NCBI GenBank assembly: GCA_043228905.1
Contig: JBHGNT010000013.1
Span: 20,460,001 to 20,524,000, forward strand
DNA length: 64,000 nucleotides
DNA from: Azolla caroliniana
Lineage: Eukaryota; Plantae; Polypodiophyta
Direction of reading: 5' to 3'
Below, piece after piece: positions 49,106-62,000 of the stretch (positions are counted from its first letter, which is position 1; the number at the start of each line of letters is the position of its first letter). Position numbers and translations under genes: made by a program. The notes under the pieces are model-generated. The model saw only the letters and a list, made by a program, of their open reading frames with translations. It did not search any database and was not told the origin of the DNA.

Positions 49106-51361
49106 ATGCTCTCTGATCTTCATATATTTCCAGGACGTTTTGCTACACTTCCATCACCGCGGAACACTGCATCTTCCCATGGCCTCATCAATACAGAAAC
49201 AGGCGTGCAACCGTCATGGATCCGTAGCTGCTATTATGACCCCCCACATAATTCCATCAAACACAATATTAAAGAGATTTACCCCACAGGTAATCTTATT
49301 GCCGATGATGATATGGTGTTTCATGATCAAATTAGGGTCTTGGATCTGATAAAGTCGTGCAGGAAAAAAAAGAACATACACAAGGCACGCCAGATACATG
49401 CTGATGTTCTCAAGAAACGCATGATTCCAAAGGATGTTTATATTGTGAATGCCCTCATTACCACATATGCCAAATGTGGTGCACTTCAAGAAGCACGAGA
49501 AGTATTTGAACAAATTCCATTGCGGAATATTGTGTCTTGGAATGCCCTCATATCTGGATATGTCCAGAATGGTTTTGGTTATGAAGCATTGAGATGTTTC
49601 GGACAGATGAAAGATGCAGGAATATTTCCGAATGCAGTAACTTATACATGCATTTTGAAAGCTTGTGGCATCGTGGGGTCTCTAGAGATTGGAAAAGATA
49701 TAGAAGCTGATGTTAGAGAGAAAGGATTATTGGATAGAGATGTCGTGCTTGGAACTGCATTGGTGGATATGTATTGCAAATGCGGTGCATTAGGAAAAGC
49801 ACAAGAAGTGTTTGGACATCTTCGGGATCGGAATGTTGTGACATGGAACGCATTGATTGGTGGATATGCCCAGAATGGGTTCGCTGATGAAGCATTGAAA
49901 TACTTCAGACAAATGAAAGATTTGGGAGTTTGTCCGAATGCGATAACTTATATTTGCATTTTCAAAGCTTGCAGCATCCTGGGGTCTCTATCAGTTGGGG
50001 AAGAAATCCATGGCGAGGTTCGGAAGAGAGGACTCGTGGAGAAAGATGTCATGCTTGGGAATGCATTAGTGGACATGTATGCCAAGTGTGGTGTACTAGA
50101 AAAAGCACTGGACGTGTTTGAACAACTTCCATTGCAGACAATTGTGTCTTGGAATGCCTTGATTTCTGGATACATACAAAATGGACTCGGTGATGAAGCA
50201 TTAAAATGCTTCAAAGAAATGAAAGATGCAGGAGTCTCTCCAAATGCAGTAACTTATGCCTGCATTCTTAAAGCATGTGGTATTGTGGGATCTCTTGAGA
50301 TTGGGAAAGATATAGATGTGGAGGTTAGGAATCAAGGGATCTTGGAGGAAGATGTGGTACTTGGCACTGCGTTCATGGACATGTATGCCAAGTGTGGTGT
50401 GCTAGAGAAAGTACGTGGAGTCTTTGAGCAACTTCCATTGCGAGATGTTGTAGCTTGGAATGTTTTAATTTCTGGGTATGCTCAGTTAAGTCAAGTTAAT
50501 GTGGCTTTGGATTTGTATAGTCAAATGAAGGCTGAAGAGGTGGTGCCGAATTCAGCAACGTTTGTTATTTTGCTAAATGCATGTTGTCATTCAGGTCTAA
50601 TGAAAGAGGGTGAAAAGTTGTTCGATGAAATGCACACTATCTATGTTTTAACTCCAACCTTAGAACATTATACATGTATGATTGATCTATTTGGCCGGGT
50701 GGGAAGCTTTGATAAGTTGATATCCTTGGTTAAGCAGGTTCACCATTCAAGGTATCTTCCACTATTCCATAGTATATTGAGTTCTTGCAGACAATGGCGG
50801 AACGTGATACTTGGGAGATGGGCATTTGAGCAAACCATACAGCTTGATGAAAAGTCTGCTGCTGCATATGTCAACATGAGAAACATATATGCAGCATCTG
50901 GAATGCCAACAGAGGCGGATAGAATCGAGGCATTGAGAGTGAAAAAAACAATGTCGAATAAACCAAGAAGTCGGTGGACTGATGCCAATGGGAATGCACA
51001 TTCTTTTTTTGTAGATAAGGAGGGCCATCCTCAATGTGCACATATATATGCAAAGATGGAGGAGATCCACCAGAAACTAGCACAGGAAGGCTATTTCCGA
51101 GGTTTGCATTGTACTAATTCTGATGATAAAAACGAGTTTGTTTCATGTGTCCTGGGTGTGAAGATGGCAATTGCTTGTGTACTGATTAATACACCCAATG
51201 GTATGTCTATGCATGTGACCACGAACATGAGGATTTGTGATGCCTGCCATTCCTTCATCTCTCTTCTCTCAATGACTGAGAAGCGAATGATTCATGTGAA
51301 GGATGCCAACCGCATTCACAGTTTTGAGAATGGAAATTGTATATGCGATGATTGCAATTGA
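49106..51361 (+). CDS. PLS-class PPR-DYW protein (3 P1-L1-S1 triplets, P2-L2-S2, E, E+, degenerate WW-type DYW)
   Basis: Intronless; first ATG at 49106. C-terminus KPRSRWTDANGNAHSF...HP...IYAKM...GY...SCVLGVKMAIACVLINTP...NMRICDACH...DANRIHSFENGNCICDDCN. Confidence 0.93.
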   Translation: MLSDLHIFPGRFATLPSPRNTASSHGLINTETGVQPSWIRSCYYDPPHNSIKHNIKEIYPTGNLIADDDMVFHDQIRVLDLIKSCRKKKNIHKARQIHADVLKKRMIPKDVYIVNALITTYAKCGALQEAREVFEQIPLRNIVSWNALISGYVQNGFGYEALRCFGQMKDAGIFPNAVTYTCILKACGIVGSLEIGKDIEADVREKGLLDRDVVLGTALVDMYCKCGALGKAQEVFGHLRDRNVVTWNALIGGYAQNGFADEALKYFRQMKDLGVCPNAITYICIFKACSILGSLSVGEEIHGEVRKRGLVEKDVMLGNALVDMYAKCGVLEKALDVFEQLPLQTIVSWNALISGYIQNGLGDEALKCFKEMKDAGVSPNAVTYACILKACGIVGSLEIGKDIDVEVRNQGILEEDVVLGTAFMDMYAKCGVLEKVRGVFEQLPLRDVVAWNVLISGYAQLSQVNVALDLYSQMKAEEVVPNSATFVILLNACCHSGLMKEGEKLFDEMHTIYVLTPTLEHYTCMIDLFGRVGSFDKLISLVKQVHHSRYLPLFHSILSSCRQWRNVILGRWAFEQTIQLDEKSAAAYVNMRNIYAASGMPTEADRIEALRVKKTMSNKPRSRWTDANGNAHSFFVDKEGHPQCAHIYAKMEEIHQKLAQEGYFRGLHCTNSDDKNEFVSCVLGVKMAIACVLINTPNGMSMHVTTNMRICDACHSFISLLSMTEKRMIHVKDANRIHSFENGNCICDDCN

Positions 51362-52149
51362 TCCATGATGTTTGAAATGTCTCTCAACTATTCTAAGGAC
51401 ATTTTCTTTGAAATGTCCCAAGTGAATAACAATGTCGTTAGACCTTAATAAACAAGTGATCATGTATATTAGACAATTTGTGCTACTGCTATATGTAAAG
51501 TAAATGTAGAACCAGTTTGCTTCTATAGAGTTGAAAGTCAGGTATACAGGAGAAGATTAAGTTGATGACATATTTAAGTGGTCCAATAGCATGCACCTCC
51601 ATGAATGCTATTTACTATTCTTTGGAATCAAGCTCCAAATAAGATGGAGAGTGGTCATGGCAGTGTTGCTGTTGTATGAAATGAATATTGTCATTGATAA
51701 AGAGGTAAAAACAGTAATCATATCAATTGGAGTTAACTGGTATCTAGTTACGATGGTGATATTGCAGATTTAGAAGAGATGGAAACATATGGTGAAATGT
51801 GAAGGCAGTAATGGTGATACTATCTCATCAACTGTACGACATATGCGAAGACCCAAAATCATTAATAAATGAGGGGTAATGTAAAATTAATCTCCTTGAA
51901 TATTTGGAATTTGAACAGTCAAGAACTAACATATGTGTAAAGAAGTTTTGTATGAGGACAATGCAGCAAGACGAATATTTGCGGAATCCATATTTTGATG
52001 TCTTTTGGCAAGGAAGTCATTATGACCCCCTGTGGATGTGATCTATATAGATACAATCAGCAAGAAAATGTGTATTGTTTTATTTGGAAGAACACCAAGA
52101 AAGCATTAAACAAGTTTATTTGGCACAAACACGTATATATAGTACATAT

Positions 52150-55100
52150 TGAATGACGTGTTTAGAGAATCCTTTTCTCAATGAATTTGGGCCTCAAATG
52201 TCGTAAGTTTACACGCATTAATGATACATACAACCCAAGTTGTAGTTCTATAAGGGAGAGATGGAGTGATTTTTGAGATTGTTTACAAGCATGAAGTGCA
52301 TAACTAATATGTACGAGTAATGGTGATTGAAATGCGGTGTAATGACACGATGACAAAGTTTAACAAGTGCATTTGAGTGTCCCTGTGTTGCCTTATAGTA
52401 CTCACAGTCTCCTTTGACGTTGACATTCCTTTGCTCACACTATATTGACTCCTTGGGATGTTGTTAATGGAGCAAAGTTGGTGGCCTGCAACTACTATCC
52501 TTTCATCCTGCATGCTAATGTAAGGGCTGATTCCCTATGCTTTTGAAACTCGAGCATCACTTTGCCAAATTGTCCTAGTCAACCTTCTCCATCATTTGTC
52601 AAATGGTGGCGGAGTGTGTGTAGAGGGTAGCATAGTTACTTACCTACACACAAAATGTTCCTTGTTTTTTATCTATCTTTCACATAATTTACAAAATCTT
52701 TCAACTATAGGTATGTGAAGTACTCATTTGACCTCGATCTCTAATTGTTGAGAGGAAACTCTAAGTTGGCCTATTTGTTTGCGAGCGCAATGTCCATGTA
52801 CCTAGATCTCTATATGACTCCATCTTTTGAAAAGTTCATGAAATGATCTTTGTAGTAGGGAACTTTGGGGGAAGTGGCTCCCTTGATGTTGGCCAAGTCT
52901 TTTGGGTATAAGCTACCATAGGTCTTGTTGGATGTACCTTGTTCCCTTCATTATTTGCGAGAGGTGTACAATGTCAAAAGGTCACACAATCTTGATGTCA
53001 AGGCAATTGATGTTGTGTACCAATTCATTGGTTGTGAGTATCGTGATCTTTCTTTGTGTTTTGATGTTGCCATTTGCTTCGATGTTTCAAGTTCCTTGTG
53101 TATAATTCTTTGAAGTGACGAAGTTTAAATTTGGTCGATGACATTCATGTTTTGGAATAATGCTTCTAAAATGGTGGGGGGTATTTTCAATTAAGCACAC
53201 ATGATCTGATTGGGGTGGATGCATTGCTACACATAATCCATGCCAAAATCATAAGTGGTGGATGCTTTATTTGTATCCACATATACATGGGGAGGCATGG
53301 ATTACATATGTGTGCATTGTACATGAGGGAAAGGGTGATCATGGTGTTGAATAACCAAAGTTTGGTATGGAGCTCTTGGAAGTATCCTTGGGGGCTTTAT
53401 CATTCTATGTTATGTGTGAAACACAACATTCTAGCATGCCAAGAGTTGTATATCCTCGAGTGGGTTGATCTTTGGCAGGTTGGGAACATAGAAAAGTTCC
53501 CAATTGTGCTTGTGAATGTAGCTCCTATATATACATAGGAACCTGTTACTTCAACTTACCCTCCTAATATGGGCGAGGATGACGCATCAAGATTGGGCAT
53601 GGATTTGTTCAAGACCATGGCATTACTCTTGCCTGGGTTTAATTGATCCCTTCTTTGTGACAATACCTATAGGGCATTGAGATGTCGTCGTCAACCTATT
53701 CAGAAGAGTCCAAAGGAAGCACCATAGTGCACGACGAGGGCAAGGGAGTTTAGGAGAGCTCAAAGGGTGTTCCCCGGGATGTGAGCATGGCATCACATTC
53801 TAAGGAAGACACTAGATTAAGAGATAAATGAGGTCATAAACAGAACGAAAGATGTGAATTAAGTATACTTAATATGTTGATTCCCTTGCATCTTCCATGT
53901 ATGATGGCGTGCAACCTCGTCGTTGTAGAGTCCTAGGACCTTGTAGAAATCCACAAAGCATTCATACAATCGCTTTATGTTGTGCATTTCCTTTGTTCAT
54001 CGAGCAACATATTGTAAGGGTGTGGTGGTTGGTGCAAAAGGCCTTGCTAAATCCCCCTTGGTTAGGGGTTTATATCTCTTCAACCTCAACATTAAGTGTT
54101 GAGTTCCACAACACCACTACATAAAGTTTGGCAAATGTGTGGCCAATAATGATAGTATGATAAATCCGTGGTTGGAGGAGGTCCACCTATGAATAGGCAC
54201 AATCGTGTGTATTGCCCATGTGTCTGGAAGTTCTTCTACCAAGGCCCTATGAACATGTGTGTAATATGCAATTGCATGTTGAGTGTTAGGGCAAAGGAAA
54301 ATCACAAATTCTCATTCCTACAACAACAAGAAGGAAGTTTGCTAACCAAAGTTCAAACCTTAGCCACAAGGTACGAAAGAGAAAAATGGTTTACATGAAA
54401 GGTGAGACAAATGCAAAATTTGTCTCACATAAACCATTCTTCTCCTTTGTACCTTGTGCCATTGTAACTAGATATTGTCATCGTTCTCAACTTGCCATAG
54501 TCGAGACAAATGCAAATTTGTCATCCTTCTTTAGAATGATGAGTATCATGCTTATCCATGTGGTATTCTTAACTATTTGATCATTTCCTCATTGATGAAG
54601 GTGATGTAGTTGGAGTTCTTTGGTATAATCATAACTGGAAGGGTTGGAGTCTGACTCTTAAGTGAACATAATGTTGGTACAAGTAAGGATCCAACCCACA
54701 TGTCCCCATAGGACCATGCAAAGACATCTTGGTAGTCTCCAATAAGAGTGAAGAGCTCATGTTGGAATGGTGGACCCAATGTCCCCTTCACTATTTTCAC
54801 AAGTGAAAGGTCCTTAATCATGCCAAGGTTGACTTTGTGTAGCTTGGTAATCAACACCGATTGGCATACCATTAGCCCCCACTCCAAAGCAATTTGGGCC
54901 TATGCAAGAGTAGGGATTGATTTGGTCAGAGGTTTCAAGGTTGTAGCTTGCATCACTCGTGATGAGTCATTTGAAAATGTAGATGATAGGGTTGCATAAC
55001 TTGTATCACATTGATCTCGAATAAAGAAATGATAGTAAGGCGATCAATTGTCTATGTAGTCCTTGAGGTGCATATCGACGATCCCTTCAAGCATATTAAT

Positions 55101-55150
55101 GATTTCAACATGAAGGAGCTTTGATTGGTGAAGCTTCATCTTCATCTTGC
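52150..55150 (-). mobile_element. Decayed Ty3/gypsy pol remnant
   Basis: Minus-strand KVNLG...LIGDYQDVFAWSYGDM is the pre-RT motif of plant gypsy elements (54700-54850). Weaker integrase-like fragments toward 52200-53050. Confidence 0.55.
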
Positions 55151-56088
55151 TCTAGCAGACGTTGGCGTGGTCGTGTTGCCAATCGTTGTTAATACGAGTC
55201 ATATCAACAATGGTTGATTTGTAGAGTCGCGGATTCTTTTGAAAGGTTTTGCAAATGGTCTTAAGTTCTTCGTGCAAAAGAAACATCCTACATATATTAT
55301 AGACTATTGTAAATTTCGATTCAAGGTACAACAAATAGTTAGAATTAGTGGAACTTTTGAAGGAGTATTATGCTTTCGGCCGTATTGATTGATACACAAA
55401 TTGATGTGCATGGAATGAGTGAGCATTGGAATTCGCACGAGTTATATAGTCATGAACCAATTGACAGACTCTCTCCATGGGATGAAGCAGGTTACTGAGC
55501 GATTCCCGCGCCGGAACTCGGGGCAATGTACGGAAAATGCCGAGAGCTAGCCGGTCCGCGATGAGAAGGAAGAGCAAAAGTCGGGCTGACCCTGACTTCG
55601 GCGTTGGCGTCTTGCTGCCACCGGCTGGCTACTGCATGAAGACTCATCAAAGAGATGAGATGGGATGGGATGGGATAATTAGAGAGAGAGATGGTTGGTA
55701 ATTAAGAAGTGCAAAAGGGAATGAATGGATGTTAATTAAGTCTCTGTCATCTCTCTCTCTCTCTCTCTCTATACACACTCAGAGAGACAGAGAAGGAAAG
55801 GAAAGGAGAGGAGGAGGGAGGGTGAGCTTTTTTTCCTTCTTCCATCGTCAACTGAACGGAACAACGACCGGCCACACACAGACACACACAGACACACAGC
55901 GAGCAAAGGAGGATTTCCTTCTTCTTCTTCTCCGCTGGGGCTTCGGAAAGGAAACGGAAGCTTTCTTCCTCTGATCAGATCGCTCGTTTCTTTCTGTTGC
56001 ACAACCCTCTCCCCCCCCATCTTCTCTACTTGAATCTGATCTGATCTGATCGATCCATTTCCAAAAGAGACCCTCCTTTTTCTTCGCC

Positions 56089-59000
56089 ATGGTTTCCACA
56101 CGACGTACTGCTTCAAAGCGATCTCCTCCGCCTCCTTCTTCATCCTCTGAGCAGCCATCCCCATCACCTAAACGAGCAAAGGTACGCGCTAAGTTTTTTT
56201 TTTCTTTTCTTTTTTTTCTGCCGTCCTCTTTATCATATCCGTGCCAAACAGTTTGTCGATGATAGAAAACGGGAACCTTCCTTCGTTTATTTTGTCCGTT
56301 TATCTGTTGGTTTCTCTGTTTATTCGTGAACTTGTTTGATTGTTAGTCTCTTTTTGTCTTCATCAAATAGTTAAACGGATTGTTGATGAGGGATGGGAAG
56401 TTGTATGAGCTTGTATATCTTGTTTGTATGTTTACCTTCTTTATTGTTAGATTTTTTGTTTGCCTATTGGATTTTTTGTTTACTTGCTTCTTTGTTTGCT
56501 TTATCGTTTTCCCTTAAAAGTTGGAGGAGAAATCTGCAGACAAAGAAGGAACGGAGCAGAATGAAGGGGAGGAGGAGATTCAACAGATTTGCACCGAAGA
56601 AACCCTAACCATAGTGGAGGACTCTGTACCGACAACAGTGACTGCAGATGTGGTGGCCAATGAGAGTTCACCTTGTACTCCCCCGAAACCAACACCCACA
56701 CTTGATGAAGATATGGCCACGACTGCAGATGCTGATACTACTGCTGTAGCTGACTCTGGAAATGCTGCAGATGAAAAAGTAAAAGCATTCGAGACATCAG
56801 GTATGTTTCCCGTACCTTTTTTCTTTTAAAACGTCAATCATCATCGTCACTTAGATGTTGGTTGACTGCGAGGTTCCCCTTGGCCGTTGGAGTGTTTGCT
56901 CTACCATTGATTGCCAAGATTCTCGTTGCGATGGAGTATGTATTATATCATTGACTATATGTCATACCATCAATGGTTTTACTTAAGATTGAGTGTGCAT
57001 TATACAAATATTATCAAGGTTTGACATGGAGTATATATAATCCATCAGTTGGTGAGGTATTACATATAATACAATTGATTGGCTAGGTTTTGCTTGAAAT
57101 TGAGTGTATATTATACTACTGGTTGAGGAGGTTCTACTTTAACATGGATTGTATATTATACCACTGACTGGCAAGGTTTTGAATCAAGATGGGATGCATA
57201 TTATACCATTGAGTGTATGTATTACCATTGACTGCCGAGTTTTACTTGATGTCATTTAACATACAATAGACCATTGATTTGAGAGGTTTTGTTCTCAATG
57301 TGGTGTGTATTTGACCATCTCTTCTCAAGGCTTTCATCAAGATGGACTATATTTCATACCGTCAAGTTTTGAATATATATTATAAGATGGATTGTTGAGG
57401 TTTCGCTCAAGATGGAAATGGAGTGTATATCATGCAATTGAATCTCAGAGTTCTTCTCGAGATGAACTGTATATTTTGCCATTTTAATTCTAGTACATAT
57501 TAAACCATGGATTATTAAGGTTCTATGAGAGATAGAGATTTGGTGTTAATTATACCATTTGAGTATGTGTATGGCTATGCAGGGATCCCGGCAGTAACCA
57601 GGCAGCGGAATGCAGGAACTTGGTTCAGATTGAAGACACCTGATGTTGGAATCCCGTGGGGGAAATTGCTTTCCCAATGTAATCAGGTGAGATTTTCAAT
57701 ACTATCTCCATATGCATCGATGATTTAAGACATGCTCCTTGATCATTGTATGTGGCATGCTTTTGTAAATTAACAGCATGATGGTCATTGTAATTTAATT
57801 TTATATCTTGCTTTATCATCATAAATTTATTCATATCCTGCAGATCAATTCATAAATGAGTGTAATTTTGCAGCGTGGTTGATCAATGTAAATCTGTTTA
57901 TATCTTGCTGATGAATTCAGTAATGAAGTTTGGATTATATCATTTCAGCATCAGCATGTGAACTTAGTAGGACATACCTTTACTATTGGACGTAGCAGGG
58001 GTTGCAACCTGCAGCTGAAGGATCAAGGAATTAGTGGGGTTCTTTGCAAGCTCAAGTTTATGCAGGTGTCTATCCCTCAAAATTTCTTTTCCAAATAGTT
58101 TTGGTAGGGTTTTCTGCAGCACCTTAATGAAAATTTGCTATATTTTCAGCATGAACAAGGTGGTGTAACTCTCTTGGAGCACACCGGAAATAGTGGCATA
58201 GTTCATGTAAATGCAAAACCCATGAAGAAGAACTGTAGCATTCTTCTGAAAGGTGGGGATGAAGTGGTCTTCTCGTCTTGCAAGCATTATTCATATGTAT
58301 CCTTGACTGTGAAACCAATAGTAGATCATAGTGAGATTCAGATTTATCGACATGTGTAGCAGTGAAATATCGGTGCTCCTTAATAATTACCGTTATACAG
58401 ATATTTCAACCATTATCAGGTAATTCAGTTCCCTCTGTTTCTACTCACGCTCTTCCTGCAAAAGTATTACAACTTGATGAGGCAAGAACAGGAGATCCTA
58501 TGGATGTAGCAGGAGCTTCTATCCTGGCATCTCTTTCAAATTTTGCGCAGAGTACAGCATTTCATCCTAGTTTGGCACAGGCTTCTGAAGATCGGTTGAA
58601 AGCGACTGTGACTGCATTATTGCCTGCTATACCACCCCCATCTGATGTTTCAGAGGGGTCCATATCTGATATTGAAGCAGCTGGGCAACCAGGGAAAGTG
58701 TGTGCTGATCCAGGTGTTATGCCCACTGATCCGCAGAATAAGAAACCTGTGGCTGAGATGGCCATGGAGGATACTGTAATGGATGCAAGTTCCGCCCAAG
58801 GGGTTGGTGAGTGCCTAGGATCCTCGCCCCCAAAAGATCCTGAGAATGTGATATGCCCTGAACTTATAGAAGGCAATATTAAAGGAAATGATGTGGATAG
58901 AGATGGTGCTGCAGTTATTGCATCAGCAACTGCCATAAAGCGGCAAAATCTGAAAGAAGAATTTACCAGAATCATGATCAACGGTCAGGATGTTGATGTT

Positions 59001-62000
59001 TCATTTGATAATTTTCCGTATTTCTTGAGGTGAGTAGATTTGTTCCAATTTTCTATATAAAGATCTTCAGAATAAAATAAAACTTTACTGTATCCTGATT
59101 GCTTGCACTAAGTTGAGTGTTGTTCCAGTGAAAGCACAAAGAATGTGCTTATTACCTCTAGCTACATACATTTGAAGTGTCCGGATTTTGCCAAGTTTAC
59201 AAATGACTTGCTAGCTGTCTGTCCTCGCATCCTACTTTCTGGGCCTGCAGGTTTATGAGATCAAATAAACTAAATTATTTATATAGAATGGTGTGCATTT
59301 GTTGATTGGCATGTTTATGTGCTTGTATCAGGATCGGATATTTATCAGGAGGTGCTTGTAAAGGCATTGGCGAAGCATTTTGGGGCAAGGTTGCTGATTT
59401 TCGATAGTGGTTCATTGCCAACATTGGTAAGCTAAAACATGATCTTTTGCTGCTATCAATGTTTACAACAGCACTGCTGTCCAAAAATTTGTACACCTAA
59501 AGAACATTAGCATGTTGCATTTTTCCCATTATAAGACACTTTTTCAAACTGCATCTCCCTAATTATTTTATTATTCGAAAATCGAATCTTTCTGATTTCC
59601 GCTAAAAATATTTCTTTAAATGTTGCATGAAAAATGTTTTGGCAAAAGATCTATAGGGTAGTTGTTTTTGGAATAAAACAGTGGGAAGAGTATTGGTAGA
59701 ATATACCATCTAGATTTGGTTTTATATTAATGGAGTGCAATAACTCAGTTGATGCATTCAATCCTAACATAGGAGAGGGCCCATATTTTGCTTACAACAT
59801 AGGTTGCAAGTGGCTATGCTACACAATCTAGGAATCGCCATTAAGCCGGCCACCTCCCTGTTGAACGGTTTTGGAGTTGCTCTCTCTGTTTTGTGGTTTT
59901 GGAGTTGCCCTGGGATTGTGGGGTTCAACACCTCCATGCACTTTATGGTTCATGAGAGCCCACTAGTTGGCTCTTTGTTATGTTTACGGGGCTGGTCGCA
60001 TCCCCAAGTACTATCCTTTGTACTGGAGTAATGGAGAGGGGCCCTGGAAGTCATTCAGAAAGCAATGACTACCATGTGGGTTCTTTGATTTCTTTTGATT
60101 GGCTTTCCCTGTACATGATCTTTGGGTAGATGTGTGAGGTGGTTACTAGAGCAATCACTTCCAATCATCCATAAATTTAAGATAATTTAGTACTTTGGAA
60201 CATATCCGCACATATCCTATAATCATTATATTCACTTTCTGAATCTGTAATATTTCTTGATCAGTATGAACTTGAGCACAGTAGTGTAATATAGATTCAA
60301 CTGATCACTAGTATTTCTTTGATGTTTTGTACCCTTCTTTTCTCACTCAACCAACTCCAACAATTCCATTGAATTGATGCCTCCATTCCAATAACTGTTT
60401 CCATTTCCATATCATTGATCCAGAAGGTTCCTGAATTGGCTGGTTCTGAAGTCATAGGTCTTCCCATGAGCTGTTTGGGAGTTCCTTAAAAGCTTGGTGT
60501 TCCTATGCATTTGGAAAACCTGCCGTTCCCATGTCATCAGTGGGGAGAGTCACCCAGTCGTTGTGAGCTTTGAACCTCCACAATCTTTTAAACTTAATGG
60601 GCAGTGGGACCAGATTTTATGACTCTAGGTGCTGGTTTCTTAACATTACGTTCGAGGAATCGGCCCTCACTAGAAGTTAAGATTGTCGATAGTTGCAATC
60701 AGGAAATGACTAAAGTGACAAAAGAAAGTCTTTTATGTATGGAATCAATGCAATAATATATATTCACTTTCTAGGAACATGAAACATAGGAATTTTTATT
60801 GGAGATTTGACCCTGATGAATGCTGATGGGGTATCCGATCGATTGTTATTCTTATTCCACAGGGTATTGCAGCTGGAAGGGATACAGAGACAGGTAAAGA
60901 CTCTGGAATGCTTGAACAAGGTACTTCTGGCAAAGAAACATTGGAAGCTTCTGAAGAGATTGTTCGAAAGGATGAATCTTCTTTTGTGGCAGATTTGAAT
61001 GCTATTGTGTCACGAACTTTGCCATCGATACCTAATGTAAGCTCCAAGTTAGATATAACATCTGTTTTCACTGCATCAACTTCAAAGCGTATCTTGAAGA
61101 CAGGTAACTAACTAGATTTATGTGCCTTATTTATTAGAAAAGGCCTAATCAACCTAACTAGATTTTGGTTTTTTTAGGGGATAGAGTGAAATTTATTGGT
61201 TCAAATGTTCCAAGCATGGCTTTTCAGAATTATGTGTCAAGGTGGATCCCTTATCTTGTCTAAACAATTTGCTTCATATGTTCCATTGCACATTCTATGG
61301 TATATTCTGTCTTCCTTTTGACATTACATCTCTGTTAAAGGAGTAGATGGATACAAATTTAGGCTTAGAGCTTCTCTTTTAACACTATTTGTCGGGAGTA
61401 TTATCATCTGCCGTTTAAACACCACATTTTCAGAGTGGGATGCTGATCTGTTTTATGGGTCAATTACTAGACTGTTCAATCATATAGCATTGTCTGCAAG
61501 AAGTATGACATGATTTTAAATTTATTATGCAATGAGGGAAAAACACATACCTTATGACTTAATAAAGAGTATTAGCAGATTGTCTCAAACTCAAGATGTG
61601 GTCCTTCTCCTTGGCATTTGTATCAGCCTAAACATGGTTATATATTTAGTGTTTTTAATTTGTGATACGTTGGAAGAACATAGCCAAAGTTGGAAAACTG
61701 TAACAAAATCTTTTGCTTACTTTGGAGCTTTATTCTTTTGAGAATCTCTGGAGATTAAGGACAAAAGTGATTTTGCGCTATCGGCATATATTTAGGAATG
61801 TCTAATGAGTTATAACTACTGTTTGTAGTCGAGGTGCTCCCATAGGTGCTCGAGGGAAGGTTCTACTTACATTTGATGAAAATCCTGGCAAAGTTGGGGT
61901 CCGGTTTGATAGAGCTCTTGCTGATGGTAACGATTTAGGAGGACTTTGTGAGGAAGATCATGGATTTTTCTGTAATGGTCAGTGCTCCTCACAAAAATTT

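Noticed and set aside
39175-51083. Many antisense and alternate-frame ORFs over the PPR genes
   Set aside because: They are shadows of the repetitive PPR coding strand, with recurring HLEYMSTNA-type peptides.
50945-51361. DYW:KP (U-to-C) editing domain
   Set aside because: It lacks KPAxAxIE and HAE, and the RWTD/CWW context points to the WW type.
55729-56167. ORFs around the AAA-ATPase start
   Set aside because: They derive from CT/GA-rich leader sequence and the antisense of exon 1.
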